A stretch of 64,000 bases of DNA from the NCBI RefSeq assembly GCF_001194135.2, contig NC_068981.1:58378707-58442706 (forward strand). Reading direction: 5' to 3'. Positions 40,200-51,259 of this stretch are shown here, one piece after another; the stretch's first letter is position 1, and each line of letters starts with the position of its first letter. The position numbers and the translations under genes were made by a program. The notes under the pieces are model-generated. The model saw only the letters and a list, made by a program, of their open reading frames with translations. It was not told the origin of the DNA and searched no databases. This DNA comes from Octopus bimaculoides (taxonomy: Eukaryota).

Positions 40200-41912
40200 G
40201 CTGTTATTGTTATTATTTGATGAAAACTCTCAGCTTATTTTGCTGGTTATGATCGAAAGTTTCAGCTGTCCACAGCCAACAGACTAAGGTCACACTTGTT
40301 TACTAATCATGCTTCAAGAACCCTGTGGAGAACTCTTGCAGTTCTGAGCAATGACGATTTTCGTAGGTGTTCTATATTTACAATTGTACCAACCGTTTTG
40401 AACCATGTTGGTAGTTGAGTGCTGATACTTTCAAGTGTGCCAATTACTACTGGTATCGCATCCACTCTCTTCACTACTCACAACTCGCGTATTTCCCACT
40501 TCAAATTGTCATAGCTGTTCAGTTTTTATTCTTTCTCTTATGATACTGTTGTCGATTATCATGAAAGTTTTTTTGTTTTTTTTTTACCACAACTATGTCA
40601 GGTTTACGATAATTGATCTGATGGTCACATTGAATCATTGCTTCCCACAGGATTTTGCAGTCTTCATTCTCGGTAACTCATGGAATTTGGTCATACCACG
40701 TCTTTGCTCTTTGTCGGTCGGGATTTCCAATTTCACAGAGCTCCCAGTGGATAATTCTTGCCATATTGTCATGTCGTCTTTTGTAATCGCGTTGTGCCAA
40801 TTTCGGGCATTCGCTAACAATGTGACATACAATTTCGCCCCTCTCACCACACATTCTGCATTTTTCGCTCTCAATTGCGTTGTCAGTACTGCACTTCACA
40901 TAGTTCTTGTGTAGCGCATATAAGTGCTTCCGTCTCTATCTTCTGGTCACTCCTCCGCATCCATAACCACCAGTCTTCTGTATCTGTCTTGGCGTTCGTA
41001 TATCTTGCAAACTGGCGGTACCTTTTCTCTTCCGCGCCATTTTTTTTTTTTTTCAGTTCTTTTCCTCTTTAAATTTTTCTTTCTTTACACAAATATCAAT
41101 TTTGATGATACTGGACTTCTCCACGGCATTTTTTACATACCACCCAAAGCTGTTTTCCTCTGCTTCTACACAATCCTGGCAACTGATAAAAGCCTTTCCT
41201 ACCCTTTCTTCTGGACAAGTATAACCTATCAGTGTCACTCTTGAGATGGAATGCTCCGTGTACTGTCAATATGTCTTTGTCTTCGTATCCATGCTCATCA
41301 GCTCTTTCTTTTGCCAGTTTATAATTCCAACTCCAAACCGAAGTGATGCTATCGCTCGTGTATTTACCGCTTGGATTTTATTCAATCCACTCAATTTTGA
41401 GCGCAAAATTAATCTTAGTCTTCGGAAATATTCTTTTCTCGGGTGTTCTTTCATTTCCTTCTCAATGATTTCGTTGAACTCTAGTATGCCAAGGTATTTA
41501 TATCCTTCCTTTTCAATTTGCTTAATCATTTCTCTATTAGGTGGCTCTATCCCTTCCAGGGACTGTACCTTGCCTCTTTTTCAGGTTCATTATACCACAC
41601 TTTTTGAGTTCGAATTCCATTTTAATATCAGTTCTAAAACAGTAGACTGTGTTCACCAAAAAACTCACTTGTACTTCACCCTTGCCATACAGCTTCAAAT
41701 CATCCATGAAGAGGAGGTGGTTTATTCTTTGAGATTCTTTCCTTTTAACTGATATCCTAGGTTCATTTTCCCCAGCACCAAGGTCACCAAGAGCAAAAAG
41801 CAATGGAGATAAGCTATCTCCTTGGAAAATCCCTCTCCTGATGCCCAGAATGCCCAAACTTTGCCCGTACGATGTCAACTCAGTTTTTCCACCCCACCAT
41901 ACTTCTCTTCGT
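40200..41912 (-). mobile_element. R4/Dong-like LINE, RT to RLE, 5'-truncated (array element C)
   Basis: IRRGIFQGDSLSPLLF, INHLLFMDDLKLY, YKYLGILE, NKIQAVNT, KCRMCGERGEIVCHIVSEC.KLAQRDYKRRHD, ILWEAMIQCDH...PDI, LLRTARVLHRVLEA*, then 3'UTR and AAT/AAC tail. Confidence 0.9.
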
Positions 41913-41932
41913 TATCGTTATTATTATTATTA

Positions 41933-41991
<59 letters not shown>

Positions 41992-42054
41992 GTCATCGTC
42001 ATCGTCATCGTCGTCGTCATCGTCGTCGTCATCATCATCATCATCATCCTCATC

Positions 42055-42135
<81 letters not shown>
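41913..42135. repeat. Compound trinucleotide microsatellite (TTA)n-(TCG/TCA)n
   Basis: About 220 bp of tandem triplets; source of the spurious poly-Y/H/I/M ORFs. Confidence 0.95.
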
Positions 42136-42136
42136 T

Positions 42137-42350
42137 AAGACGGCAAGCTGGCAGAATCATTAGCGCGCCGGACGAAATGCTCAGCAATATTTTGCTCATC
42201 ACTACGTTCAGAGTTCAAATTCCACCGAGGTTAACTTTGCCTTTCATCCTTTCGGGGTCGATAAAATAAGTACCAGTTGAACACTGGGGTCGATGTAATC
42301 GACTCATCCCCTTCCCCAAAATTGCTGCCCTTGTGGCAAAATTTGAAACC
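42137..42350 (+). mobile_element. tRNA-derived SINE
   Basis: Same head, core and tail as 39711-39923. Confidence 0.85.
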
Positions 42351-42874
42351 ATTTTTTTTCTACTTTTAATCTGCATGTTTGTTACAGTCACTTGCCAAGA
42401 CACACCCAGTGTCCCAGGGCAAGTGAAGGATAAGAGATGTTACAGTATGACTGAAAGCTTGGGGAGGGGAAGTATTACATGAAGTGTCTTTATGTATTAC
42501 AACACAGACATTTAAATGGATAGGGTTTTTCTAAGGATGTGGGCAGTACTTGTCGGTACAATCTTTTGGATTTCTCTGAGTCATGGTTCTCCTGGGATCT
42601 TATCTAGATGTTTCTGACATCCCTTTTTTTTATCATACCTAGAGCACCTACAATAACAGGAACAGTTCTCGTTTTAAGATGTCACATCTTTTGTATTTCA
42701 ATTTCCAGGTCCTTATATTTACTTAGTTTGTCGAATTCCTTGATAGATATATTTTTATCAGTAGGAACACTTGCATCTATTAGTCTACAAGTATTTTCTT
42801 CCCTGTCTTTAATAATTATGTCTGGTCGATTAGCCTGGATCATTCTGTCAGTGTTGACTGGAAAATCCCATTGG
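42351..42874 (-). mobile_element. R4/Dong-like LINE RLE-domain 3' fragment (array element D)
   Basis: WDFPVNTDRMIQANRPDIIIKD...LIDASVP.D.NI..KE..KLSKYKDLEIEI...VPVIVGALG...TAHILRKTLSI*, followed by 3'UTR. Confidence 0.88.
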
Positions 42875-43215
42875 ATTATTATTATTATTATTGTTGTTGT
42901 TGTTGTTGTTGTTGTTGTTATTATTATTTTGATTTGGCTCAGGTTCGATCTTATTCTTGGTAGGATTTATGCGGGTAATGGGTTACTACCTGTGACCTTA
43001 TGTATCCACAAGTTTTCAGCTATCTTTCAAGTGCTCAGAACCCTCCTGATAATCCTTGCTGTCCCTAACAGACAAGCTTTCTGTAGGGGCTCTACCGGAC
43101 ATTCTATTCCAATCTCCTTCAGCCATTTGTCTATATGTTTGTTTACTGTTCCTAACACACCAATTATTATAAGCACAACCATTACTGTTCTCATGCTCCA
43201 AATTCTCCTATTTTA
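42875..43215 (-). mobile_element. R4/Dong-like LINE 3' fragment (array element E)
   Basis: IWSMRTVMVVLIIIGVLGTVNKHIDKWLKEIGIECPVEPLQKACLLGTARIIRRVLST*, then 3'UTR and (AAT)(AAC)n tail. Confidence 0.82.
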
Positions 43216-43249
43216 AATTTTTGGGAATTGTATTTTTTTTTTTTTGTCC

Positions 43250-44000
43250 TCTTTCGGAGAGACCTTAGGCATCGAAGAACAACTAGCCACTCTTTTTCCG
43301 GAGAACTTTCGGCCCGGACCAATGGATAACTTCCAAAAATCTCTGGCCTGACAATGCTGCTGATAAACTATACAGGTACAGCAGTGCCGTCAGCCGAGCA
43401 TGTCCGAAATATGCGCAGGACGAGACAGTCTAGCATGCACTCGTCCAGTGCCCGAGTATTGCTGACTTGTGGGTTTATGTCACGTGTAGGATGGATCTGA
43501 CTGTCAACTGAATCCATCATGAAGATCACACCGCTGCCTTCCTTTAATGAGAAGGGCAGGCTATTTTTACATGCCTGGTGGCTATGGCAAAAGAGATTGT
43601 ATAGTGGACGAGACTAGCCAATTCCTGATCAACTTCAAGTTTCACTTGAAAAAGAAAATAAGGGTAGAGAAGGAAGTGTTACCTTCTAACCAGTTTACTA
43701 AAAGGTGGATGAAAGTGGCGAGAATGCGAGTGAACAGGCCTGCCCTCAGTATACGCCTGTAATTGGAGAAAAGGAAAGGAAAAAAGGTACCTGTTTCAAA
43801 AGTGAAGGTACCCATAGTTTTTATGGGGGTTTTCTATATGCAGCCCTCGAACGTCTCCTCCCTGTTGAGGATAACACATTGTTGATTTTTTTCATTATGT
43901 TAGGACCGTGCGATCAGGAACAAAAGACAAAAATGCGCCAATACCAACCAATCAGAGTGGTGGACATAACAGGGTCCAAAGGTGCGGCCGAAAGCTAGCT
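43250..44000 (+). mobile_element. Tx1/L1-clade ORF2 C-terminus and 3'UTR
   Basis: CPK.AQDETV*HALVQCP (CCHC finger relic) and FHLKKKIRVEKEVLPSNQFTKRW. Confidence 0.7.
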
Positions 44001-44289
44001 GTTATCCACTACGTCCGTGTCTATGTATATATAACAGAGAGAGAGAGAGAGAGAGAGAGAAGTATCCCTTAAGGCATACGCTACACATGTAAAACCTTCA
44101 CAACAACACACCCTCATGCACATACACACACATATTCTTTGTTTTGTCCTGTACTTTCCATAATGTTTTTCTTAATGTAAACCCTCTGTGGTAAACAAAG
44201 AAATTATTATTATTGTTATTGTTGTTGTTGTTGATTTCGTTTTAGAGAATAAATGTCTCTTCTCTAAAAAATCCAGAAACAACAAAAAA

Positions 44290-46560
44290 ATTTTGAAATG
44301 CATTTAAATTCAAAGCTTGCGAAAATGGGGGAAAGCAATGACCCTGAAATTTTGTGGCACAATATTCGTGACAGCATCAAATCATCTGCTGAAGAAGCTC
44401 TAGGATTAGTCAAATGCAAGCACCAGGATTGTTTCAATGAGAATGATTCTCAAATTAAACCTCTCCTAGAAACTATGCACAAGAGACACATGGCATGGAT
44501 CTCAGACAAACTCACCAACACTCAGATCCTTATATATCTCCCCTAAGAAAACTACACAGAAAAAGCTGAATGAGATGAAAGATTCTTGGTGAGCAAAAAG
44601 GCCTAAGAATTGGAACAGGTTGCTAAATCTCACAACTTAGAGCATCATATGACAATCTGAAAGGTGTATTTAGTCCAAAAAGGAGTGGTACAGAACCTAT
44701 TCTTTCTAACGACGGAACAAACTGTTAAGTAGCAATGTGAAATTCTGAAAATATGAGCAGAAAACTTTAAATCTGTATCAAATCAAGAATCCACTACTGA
44801 TCCTGCAGTAATCAATATCCTTCAGCAATCTATAATTGAGGATCTTGCAGAAGATCCTTCCTTGGAGGGGGCTAAATACTGCTATTAAAAAAAAAAAACT
44901 TTCCAATAGTAAATCTCCTGGAAAAGATGGTATTCCCATAGAGGTGTACAAACATGGTGGCAAACAACTTGTAAGAAAGCTGCACAAATTGATCTGTTTT
45001 ATCTGGGAAACTGGATCGCTTACTCCAACAGTTCAAAAATGCATCAATAATTCACTTGTACAAAAACAAGGGGAAAGAAGAGTGTATGTGATAATTACAG
45101 GGGAATAAGCTTGTGCATAGCTGGAAAAATTCTTGTGAGTGTGATTCTTAACCACATCAATAAACATGTAATAATCCCAATGTGGATTCAGGCTGGGAGA
45201 AGCACAGTTGTCATGATTTTTGCCCTTTGACAGAGTTTAAGAGGAAGCACGCGAACAAAATACTGACCTGTACATGGTCTTTATCAATTTGACCAAGGCT
45301 TTGATACAGTGAATCATGAGGCATTCTGGAAAATGTTTTCAGAAGTTGGTCTTCCTTATAAAATGATATGGTTAATAGCATTCCTGCATAAAGGAATGAT
45401 GGCAATGTTGATATCTAATAGCCAATGTTCAGAGACATTTTCTGTTGTCACTGGAACCAAATAGGGCTGTGTTTTAGTCCCAGTAATTTTTTCCATATTC
45501 TTTTAAACAATGCTCCAATATGCTTTCAGGGATTACTATGAAGGGGTAAAATTCCAGTTTCGTACTGAAGGAGGTCTACTAAACCTGAAAGGGCAGAGTT
45601 TCAGATCAAAGAAAAAGACCAAGGAAGAAATTCTACGTGACTTTCTGTTTGATTGTGCTGTTTGATTGCACTGTTTTCTCATACATTTGAGGGAATTCAG
45701 GAAATGATTGACAGGTTTGCTGCGACAGCTCACACATTTAGACTATCAGCATCAAGAAGACTGAAGTTTTATTCCAACCAAAACCTTGGGCAGAACATAC
45801 TCAAGATTCAAACATGACGATAGACAAGCCACTCAAATGGGTCAGGTCATTTAAGTATCTTGGAACTACAGTAAACTTTAAGAGTAAACTCTTGATGATG
45901 AAATCAATGATAGAATATCTAAAGTTACAAATGCTTTTGGAAAAATTTCCCATCATTTGTGGGATGAACACAATGTCAATCTGAAAAAATAAAATATGTG
46001 TGTACAAATCCTGTATTTTGAGCACACTTTTGTATGGGGTAGAAACATGGACTTTCTACTACAGGCATATAAAGAAACTTGAAACCTTTCATGTGCTGTC
46101 TGCATAATATCTTCAACATAAAATGGCAAGATAAGATATTAAATGTCAAAATCTTAGAAAAATATGATATTTCCAGTATCCAAAGCATGCTGCTAAGAAT
46201 TCAATGCAGATGGGTAAGACATGTTCATATGAAAGATGACCGCATTTCAAAAATTCTTTTGTATAGCCAACAAGTGGAGGGATATCGTGGTAAAAAAAGA
46301 CCTGTCCTTAGGTATGAGGATAAGTGGAAGCAATCACTAAAATTTCTACAGCTTAACTTAACATCTTGGTAAAGTCATTACCTAGATCAATCTGCATGGT
46401 GTAAAATGTGTCATGGTGCATCAAAACAATTTGAGTTGAAGAAAAAGAACAATAAAAGAACTATATCCTGCAATCAACAGACACATTTGTCCAATCCCAG
46501 GCAAAATCAAAATTAGCAATGTCTCCACTGTATCTTCATAGCAGAATCCATACCCGAACT
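44290..46560 (+). mobile_element. RTE (BovB-like) LINE relic
   Basis: KSPGKDGIPIEVYK, CGFRLGRSTV.MIF, FINLTKA.DTVNH, GTK.GCVLVP.IF, SFKYLGT, LLYGVETW, RWVRHV.MKDDRI.K.LLY. Confidence 0.88.
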
Positions 46561-46619
46561 CGAATTACATTTGCGCATCCATCGCAAATAGATGCAGCTT
46601 CTTTTGTTCTTGTACAGGA

Positions 46620-47010
46620 GCATTCATAACTGGAATGAGTCAGTAGGCTTGCAACTAAGCATTCAGAGAGGCATATCTATGTTGGCCAACAGTGAATTCT
46701 TTTGCTGAATCGAGGGCCCAGTGAATGTGCTCGGTGTCTAATTCAAACCCAACCTCCAAGTGAGTAGGAACTGGAAGAAGTTGCAAGTAGGGTGGCCAAT
46801 CTCATTCAGAAATGGACCGAGAAAAAATTGTCTATGAATGCTCGGGTGGAAGAAGCTAATGCATACATTGCCTCGGTGGTGTACTACTGCCTAACCGTCA
46901 TACCTTGTCCTAAGAAACATCTGACCTGACTGCAGTGCATCCTTTTCCACTTCTGATAGAAGGGTCAGGTTCCACTAGGCAGGAAATCCATTTGCTGCCA
47001 ACGCTAACTC
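46620..47010 (+). mobile_element. Tx1-clade LINE post-RT fragment
   Basis: KWTEKKLSMNARVEEANAYIASVVYYCLTVIPCP, homologous to 35480-35595. Confidence 0.7.
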
Positions 47011-47189
47011 TGTAGTGGTTTCAGGATGTTATCCCTGATGATGTGCTGGTACTCTCTGAGGCTTACACACCTACAGAAATAGCTGGAGCACAGGAACGGT
47101 AACAATGACAATTTTTAAAGGGGATTCTAATCTTTTATACAATTTAAAACAGATTCCATTGTTGGTCTGCCCATATTTTTTAATCACTG

Positions 47190-48315
47190 TTCTTTAAAGG
47201 AACATGACTAAAGCAGGCCTACCTTTGTTGATCATCTCCCCATGGATGCCACAAATACCAACTGCTTTTCCACCCTTCAGCTGATTTACCACTGTATGAA
47301 CCTCATCTTTCGATGGCAGATCACAGCTGACTGGTTGGTCAGTCACCAGTGCTGAAGGCATTGTGGTATTCATATCAGTACTAGTTGGGTCCATCTTATA
47401 CAATTCCACAAAGTATGATGCTTAAAGAGCCACCACCTTGGGCTCCTCAATCAGAAGTGCACCATCAGAGTCTAAGACACCAAACCACTGGGCATAAGGC
47501 TTCATACACCTCTGAGGATAGTTATTCCTCTGTAGGCAATACATGAGTTGGGTGTGTGAAACTGATTCTTGACATCCTAGCAGACTTTTCAGGTTTGCTT
47601 TTCCTTATCAGACCTCAGTACTCTGACTACCCCATATCTCAGACCCCAAAGCAAATCATCAGCAGCTCCACCCAGTCTCACCCTACAGTAACACTCCACC
47701 ATTGTGAGGGTCTTCCTGGAAAGGAAACATTTCCTGGCCCATTTTTGGAAACCACTACATTCCCTAGCAATCAACTGCAGGTTGTCTCTGAAAGCTTCCC
47801 CACATTCCCAGAGGATCAGATAAGGAGTCAGCCCCAAGTAGCACAGATCCATGTTGCTGCAAATAAGCCTTGCTTACACTGTTGTCTTTGAGCCTGTCAA
47901 CATCCAGACTGGGACTGTTTGCCTTCAGCCTCTTAGATTTCAGTTGCAATCTTAACTCAACCACAAGTCTGTGATCAGTACCCAAGAAACTAGCAATGTG
48001 AAAAACTCTGCAATTCTGAAGGAGTCTCTAGCAGCCACCTACAAGAGCGTGTCTATCTCCTTTGTCATGCAACCAGTATTGAAATACGAAGTCCAGCAAG
48101 GCAGCTCAAGACGTTGGTACCAGGAACTAACAATGCAAAGTCCATGGCTTTTGGCAAAGTACAGGAGCATCACATTTTCTTTTCTAGTACTGGATCCTGC
48201 ATGGCTGACAACGCTCTCGCATCCAGTTCTATCAACCCCAGTCAATGCACTGAAATCTCTGTACACTCAGCTGTACTCTATTTTGGAGAGTATTTAACAG
48301 GGACACGTCCTTGAG
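47190..48315 (-). mobile_element. RTE-clade LINE EN-to-RT fragment
   Basis: DRTGCESVV..AGS, LL.FAKSHGL, WYQRLE...WTSY, KEID, GTDHRLVV, LKGGKAVGICGIH.EM. Confidence 0.8.
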
Positions 48316-48920
48316 TAAGAGGGATGAATGAAGAAAAATAAAAACTTTTTGAATTTTCTTTCTCAGATTTACATTCTTCTAGATTAAAACGTATTTCAGA
48401 AAAAAAAAAACAAGACAGAAGAAAGCGAAAAATTGACGACCTATTGAATACTCTAAAATAAGGATGGTTAAAAACATTTTATTTATTATTTATTCTGCAG
48501 AATTGTAATCGTCGATGTTCAAAATTTAGAAATTTGCGGAGAACAGAAAAAAAGGTTGAAACATTACTGTGAAAAACTACGAGAGGAGTGTTTATTCCAA
48601 AATTCAATCTATGCACTTTTTTAACTGATGCTGAACTCAATGGTCAAGAAAACATGACTGACATTCAAGAAGAATCATTAATAACATTATTCTATCGTTT
48701 GCTTATTTAGAGCCACCGACAGCAGAATAGCAAATTCATTCTTCAAATATTATTTTCTGTCTATCATAAATTGTTTAGCTTGTAAAATATAAAAATAAAT
48801 CTGTATATATCTAGAATTAATCATTAAGTTTTGATAGTTGAATATTATGTTATTTGTTTACTCATAATATACGAAAATAAATTTTATGCGATTTACGTTT
48901 TTCAGCATTTCTAACGTTGT

Positions 48921-49036
48921 CGCCATGTTCAACACTATTATGAACACTGCAACTAAGTTTGTGTCCTACATCTAATTTGATGACAAATTCCTGTTTAGTT
49001 TAGAGTTTTTAATTTTCTGTATTATTTTTCTAACTT
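48921..49036 (+). promoter_or_regulatory. Probable SPT6 promoter / non-coding first exon region
   Basis: YY1-type motif CGCCATGTT at 48921-48929 in a CpG-retaining patch. A candidate donor aactt|gtaagt at 49037 is followed by a T-rich stretch to the acceptor at 49568. TSS cannot be placed from sequence. Confidence 0.35.
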
Positions 49037-49580
49037 GTAAGTGGAATTTCGTTTAAACATACTATATCCATGTGTCTTTTGCTTCTATTATTAATATTGC
49101 CCTTATCTATTCCTACGAGGAAAACATTTTAGTCTTGCCTTATGTTAAATAAATCCTTGTTTTAGAAGGTTTTAAACTTTTTCCTTCTATTCATTATAAT
49201 GATCGAATTTTATAAATAATTTTGTAAAACCAATGTTAAATTTGTGTTAGTATTTTTTGAATACTCGATTTTATTGGTATTTTTTTTAGTGAAAACTTCT
49301 TTTTGTTATACGTATACTTAATTCCGTTTGGATAATTTTTCGTTTTCTTTTAAGTTAACATCAAAAGGTTTTATCTTTTATCATTTCCATGTTTAGATAA
49401 TGAATAAGACTATATCAAGAATCAAGTTTTTAGCTGATGTAAACTTCATTATATTTTAATCGCTTGAATTGTTTTTTTTTTTTGAAAGCATAAACACCAC
49501 CCATCTCTCCTTCCACTAACTTATCTGTGGTTTCAAGGCTATCATTATTTGTTTTGTTTTATTTTTAGCACGAGTCAAAA

Positions 49581-49728
49581 ATGGACTTTTTTGAACAAGA
49601 AGCTGAAGTTTCTTCAGATTCTGATGATAGTTCATTATCTGACTCTATTGAGATTAAAAAGAAAAAGAAAGAAGTCGTTCGTAAGAAAAGAACAATTGAC
49701 GACGATGATGAGGAGGAAGAAGAAGATG
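49581..49728 (+). CDS. SUPT6H: Transcription elongation factor SPT6, first coding exon
   Basis: MDFFEQEAEVSSDSDD...DDDDEEEEED+G|gtaagt resembles the SPT6 N-terminus (DFxExEAE). An upstream acceptor ttttag at 49568 implies a 5'UTR exon further upstream. Confidence 0.88.
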
Positions 49729-50371
49729 GTAAGTTTAATAAGATAGAAATATAAAATCCTTACATTAAATACGTTAACCTCTAATATTTAATTCACCTGA
49801 TTATTTTTTATACCACAAAGATATAAGAAATTACTAGGCTAGTGGCTCATCACTGATTAGCTCATTGATACTGGTGTTCTATTTAAAACATTATTTCTTA
49901 AGAGCTACTTATATTGAAAATATTTTAAATCAAGTGCATGTTTTTGTAAAAAGAAGTACTACCCCTATGATCGTTAGATGCTCCACTGGTTGCTAAACGT
50001 TTGTTGTTAGCTTGTTCGTAGCTGTTCCATTATGTATTTTTCTGCTATTCACTATTTTTTATATTTACTGACTAGGTTAGTTAATTTGCGAGAATAATTG
50101 AGTAATAATGTTCGAATTTACGTGTCTAATATTATTAAGGTAAACAAGAGAGTTCCGTAGAAAAAGATGTCGAGGTGGTATGGTTTTGATAAGTAATGGA
50201 AATGACACAATTGGAAAATTTAGTTAAGAAAAGCGGTTGAAGTAGTAGCTGAAAAAAAAAACGGTAAATGTTTGTAGATTATTAGTGAGGAAAGGATTCT
50301 TATCAAGTGAAAGGATTTTAGGTATTGTCCACATGTTTTTGAGCTAGCTATGTTTTCCATCTAGGCGCAGA

Positions 50372-50700
50372 CATGGTTGTGTAGTAAGAAGCTTGCTTCC
50401 CAACCACACATGGTTCCAGGTTCAGTCTCACTGTGTTGTTGCACCTTAGGCAAGTGTCTTCTATTGTAGCCTCGGGCCAACCAAAGCCTTGTGAGTGGAT
50501 TTGGTAGACGGAAACTGAAAGAAGCCTGTCGTATATATGTGTGTGTGTGTGTCTTTGTATCTGTCCCACATCACCACTTGAGAACCGGTGTTGGTGTGGT
50601 TACGTCCCCGTAACGTAGCGGTTCAGCAAAAGAAACCGATAGAATAAGTACTAGGCCTAAAAAATAAGTCCTGGGGTTTATTTTTTCGACTGAAATAAGT
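50372..50700 (+). mobile_element. tRNA-derived SINE, near full length
   Basis: ggcgcagacatggttgtgtagtaagaagcttgcttcccaaccacacatggttccaggttcagtctc head, (tg)n, gtaacgtagcggttcagcaaaagaaaccgatagaataagtactagg. Confidence 0.88.
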
Positions 50701-51071
50701 AAATGAGTAATATTCTAAAGCATATTTCCTCTTTGTAAATGGTTCATAACAGTTCATCTAAAAGATGTAAGTAAAGTAGTCCTTGCCAGGATTTGACCTC
50801 AAAACTTAAAGAATATAATACTGCAAGATATTTAATCTGCTTATTTTGCTTGGAAAGGTATCTTATTAAAAGTTGTGTTAGTAGCAGTAATTATCCATTT
50901 GGAATTATAATTGCTATAAATGAAAGATTATTGGAAAAGTACTGTGGACTATGCTATTAGAAGCAGAATTGAGCTGTTAAATTCATCAAAGGCACCTAAA
51001 TATTATGTATTTAATATTCCAGATTCTTAATTTAAAGACTGTGTTTAAAATATTTTTTGTCTTTCTTGTAG

Positions 51072-51259
51072 ATGAAGAAAAGTTAGCTGAAGAAATGAAA
51101 GATTTGATTAATGACGATGTTGAAGAAGAAGAGAGTGATGATAACGATAGTGTAACTGGCAAACGGAAACATGACTCAGATATAGAAGATGACGATCAAC
51201 TTGAAGAAGATGATTACGATCTTATTGAAGAGAATTTGGGTATTAAAGTTTCAAGAAAG
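51072..51259 (+). CDS. SUPT6H: SPT6 coding exon 2
   Basis: cttgtag|AT...MKDLINDD...GKRKHDSD...LEEDDYDLIEENLGIKVSRK|gtaagt. Conserved LEDDDxDLIEENLGxKV motif. Confidence 0.96.

Noticed and set aside
40216-40270. Second hammerhead-like string (TTGATGA...GATCGAAAGTTTC)
   Set aside because: C3 is missing, stems I and III are not supported, and it lies antisense within the 3'UTR of R4-like element C.
41822-42269. Poly-Ser/His/Tyr/Ile/Met ORFs
   Set aside because: Translations of a compound triplet microsatellite, open in several frames.
48897-48926. Minus-strand ATG GCG start (MATTLEMLKN) followed by gtaaat, suggesting a head-to-head gene sharing the SPT6 promoter
   Set aside because: All nearby downstream acceptors lead to stops within a few codons and no further exons were found. 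The match is explained by the YY1-type motif. RNA-seq could revive it.
50372-50450. tRNA-like A/B box sequences (also 16905, 21030-21090, 36137, 39711, 42137, 56469)
   Set aside because: They are SINE heads; no complete cloverleaf, and each continues into a repeat body.
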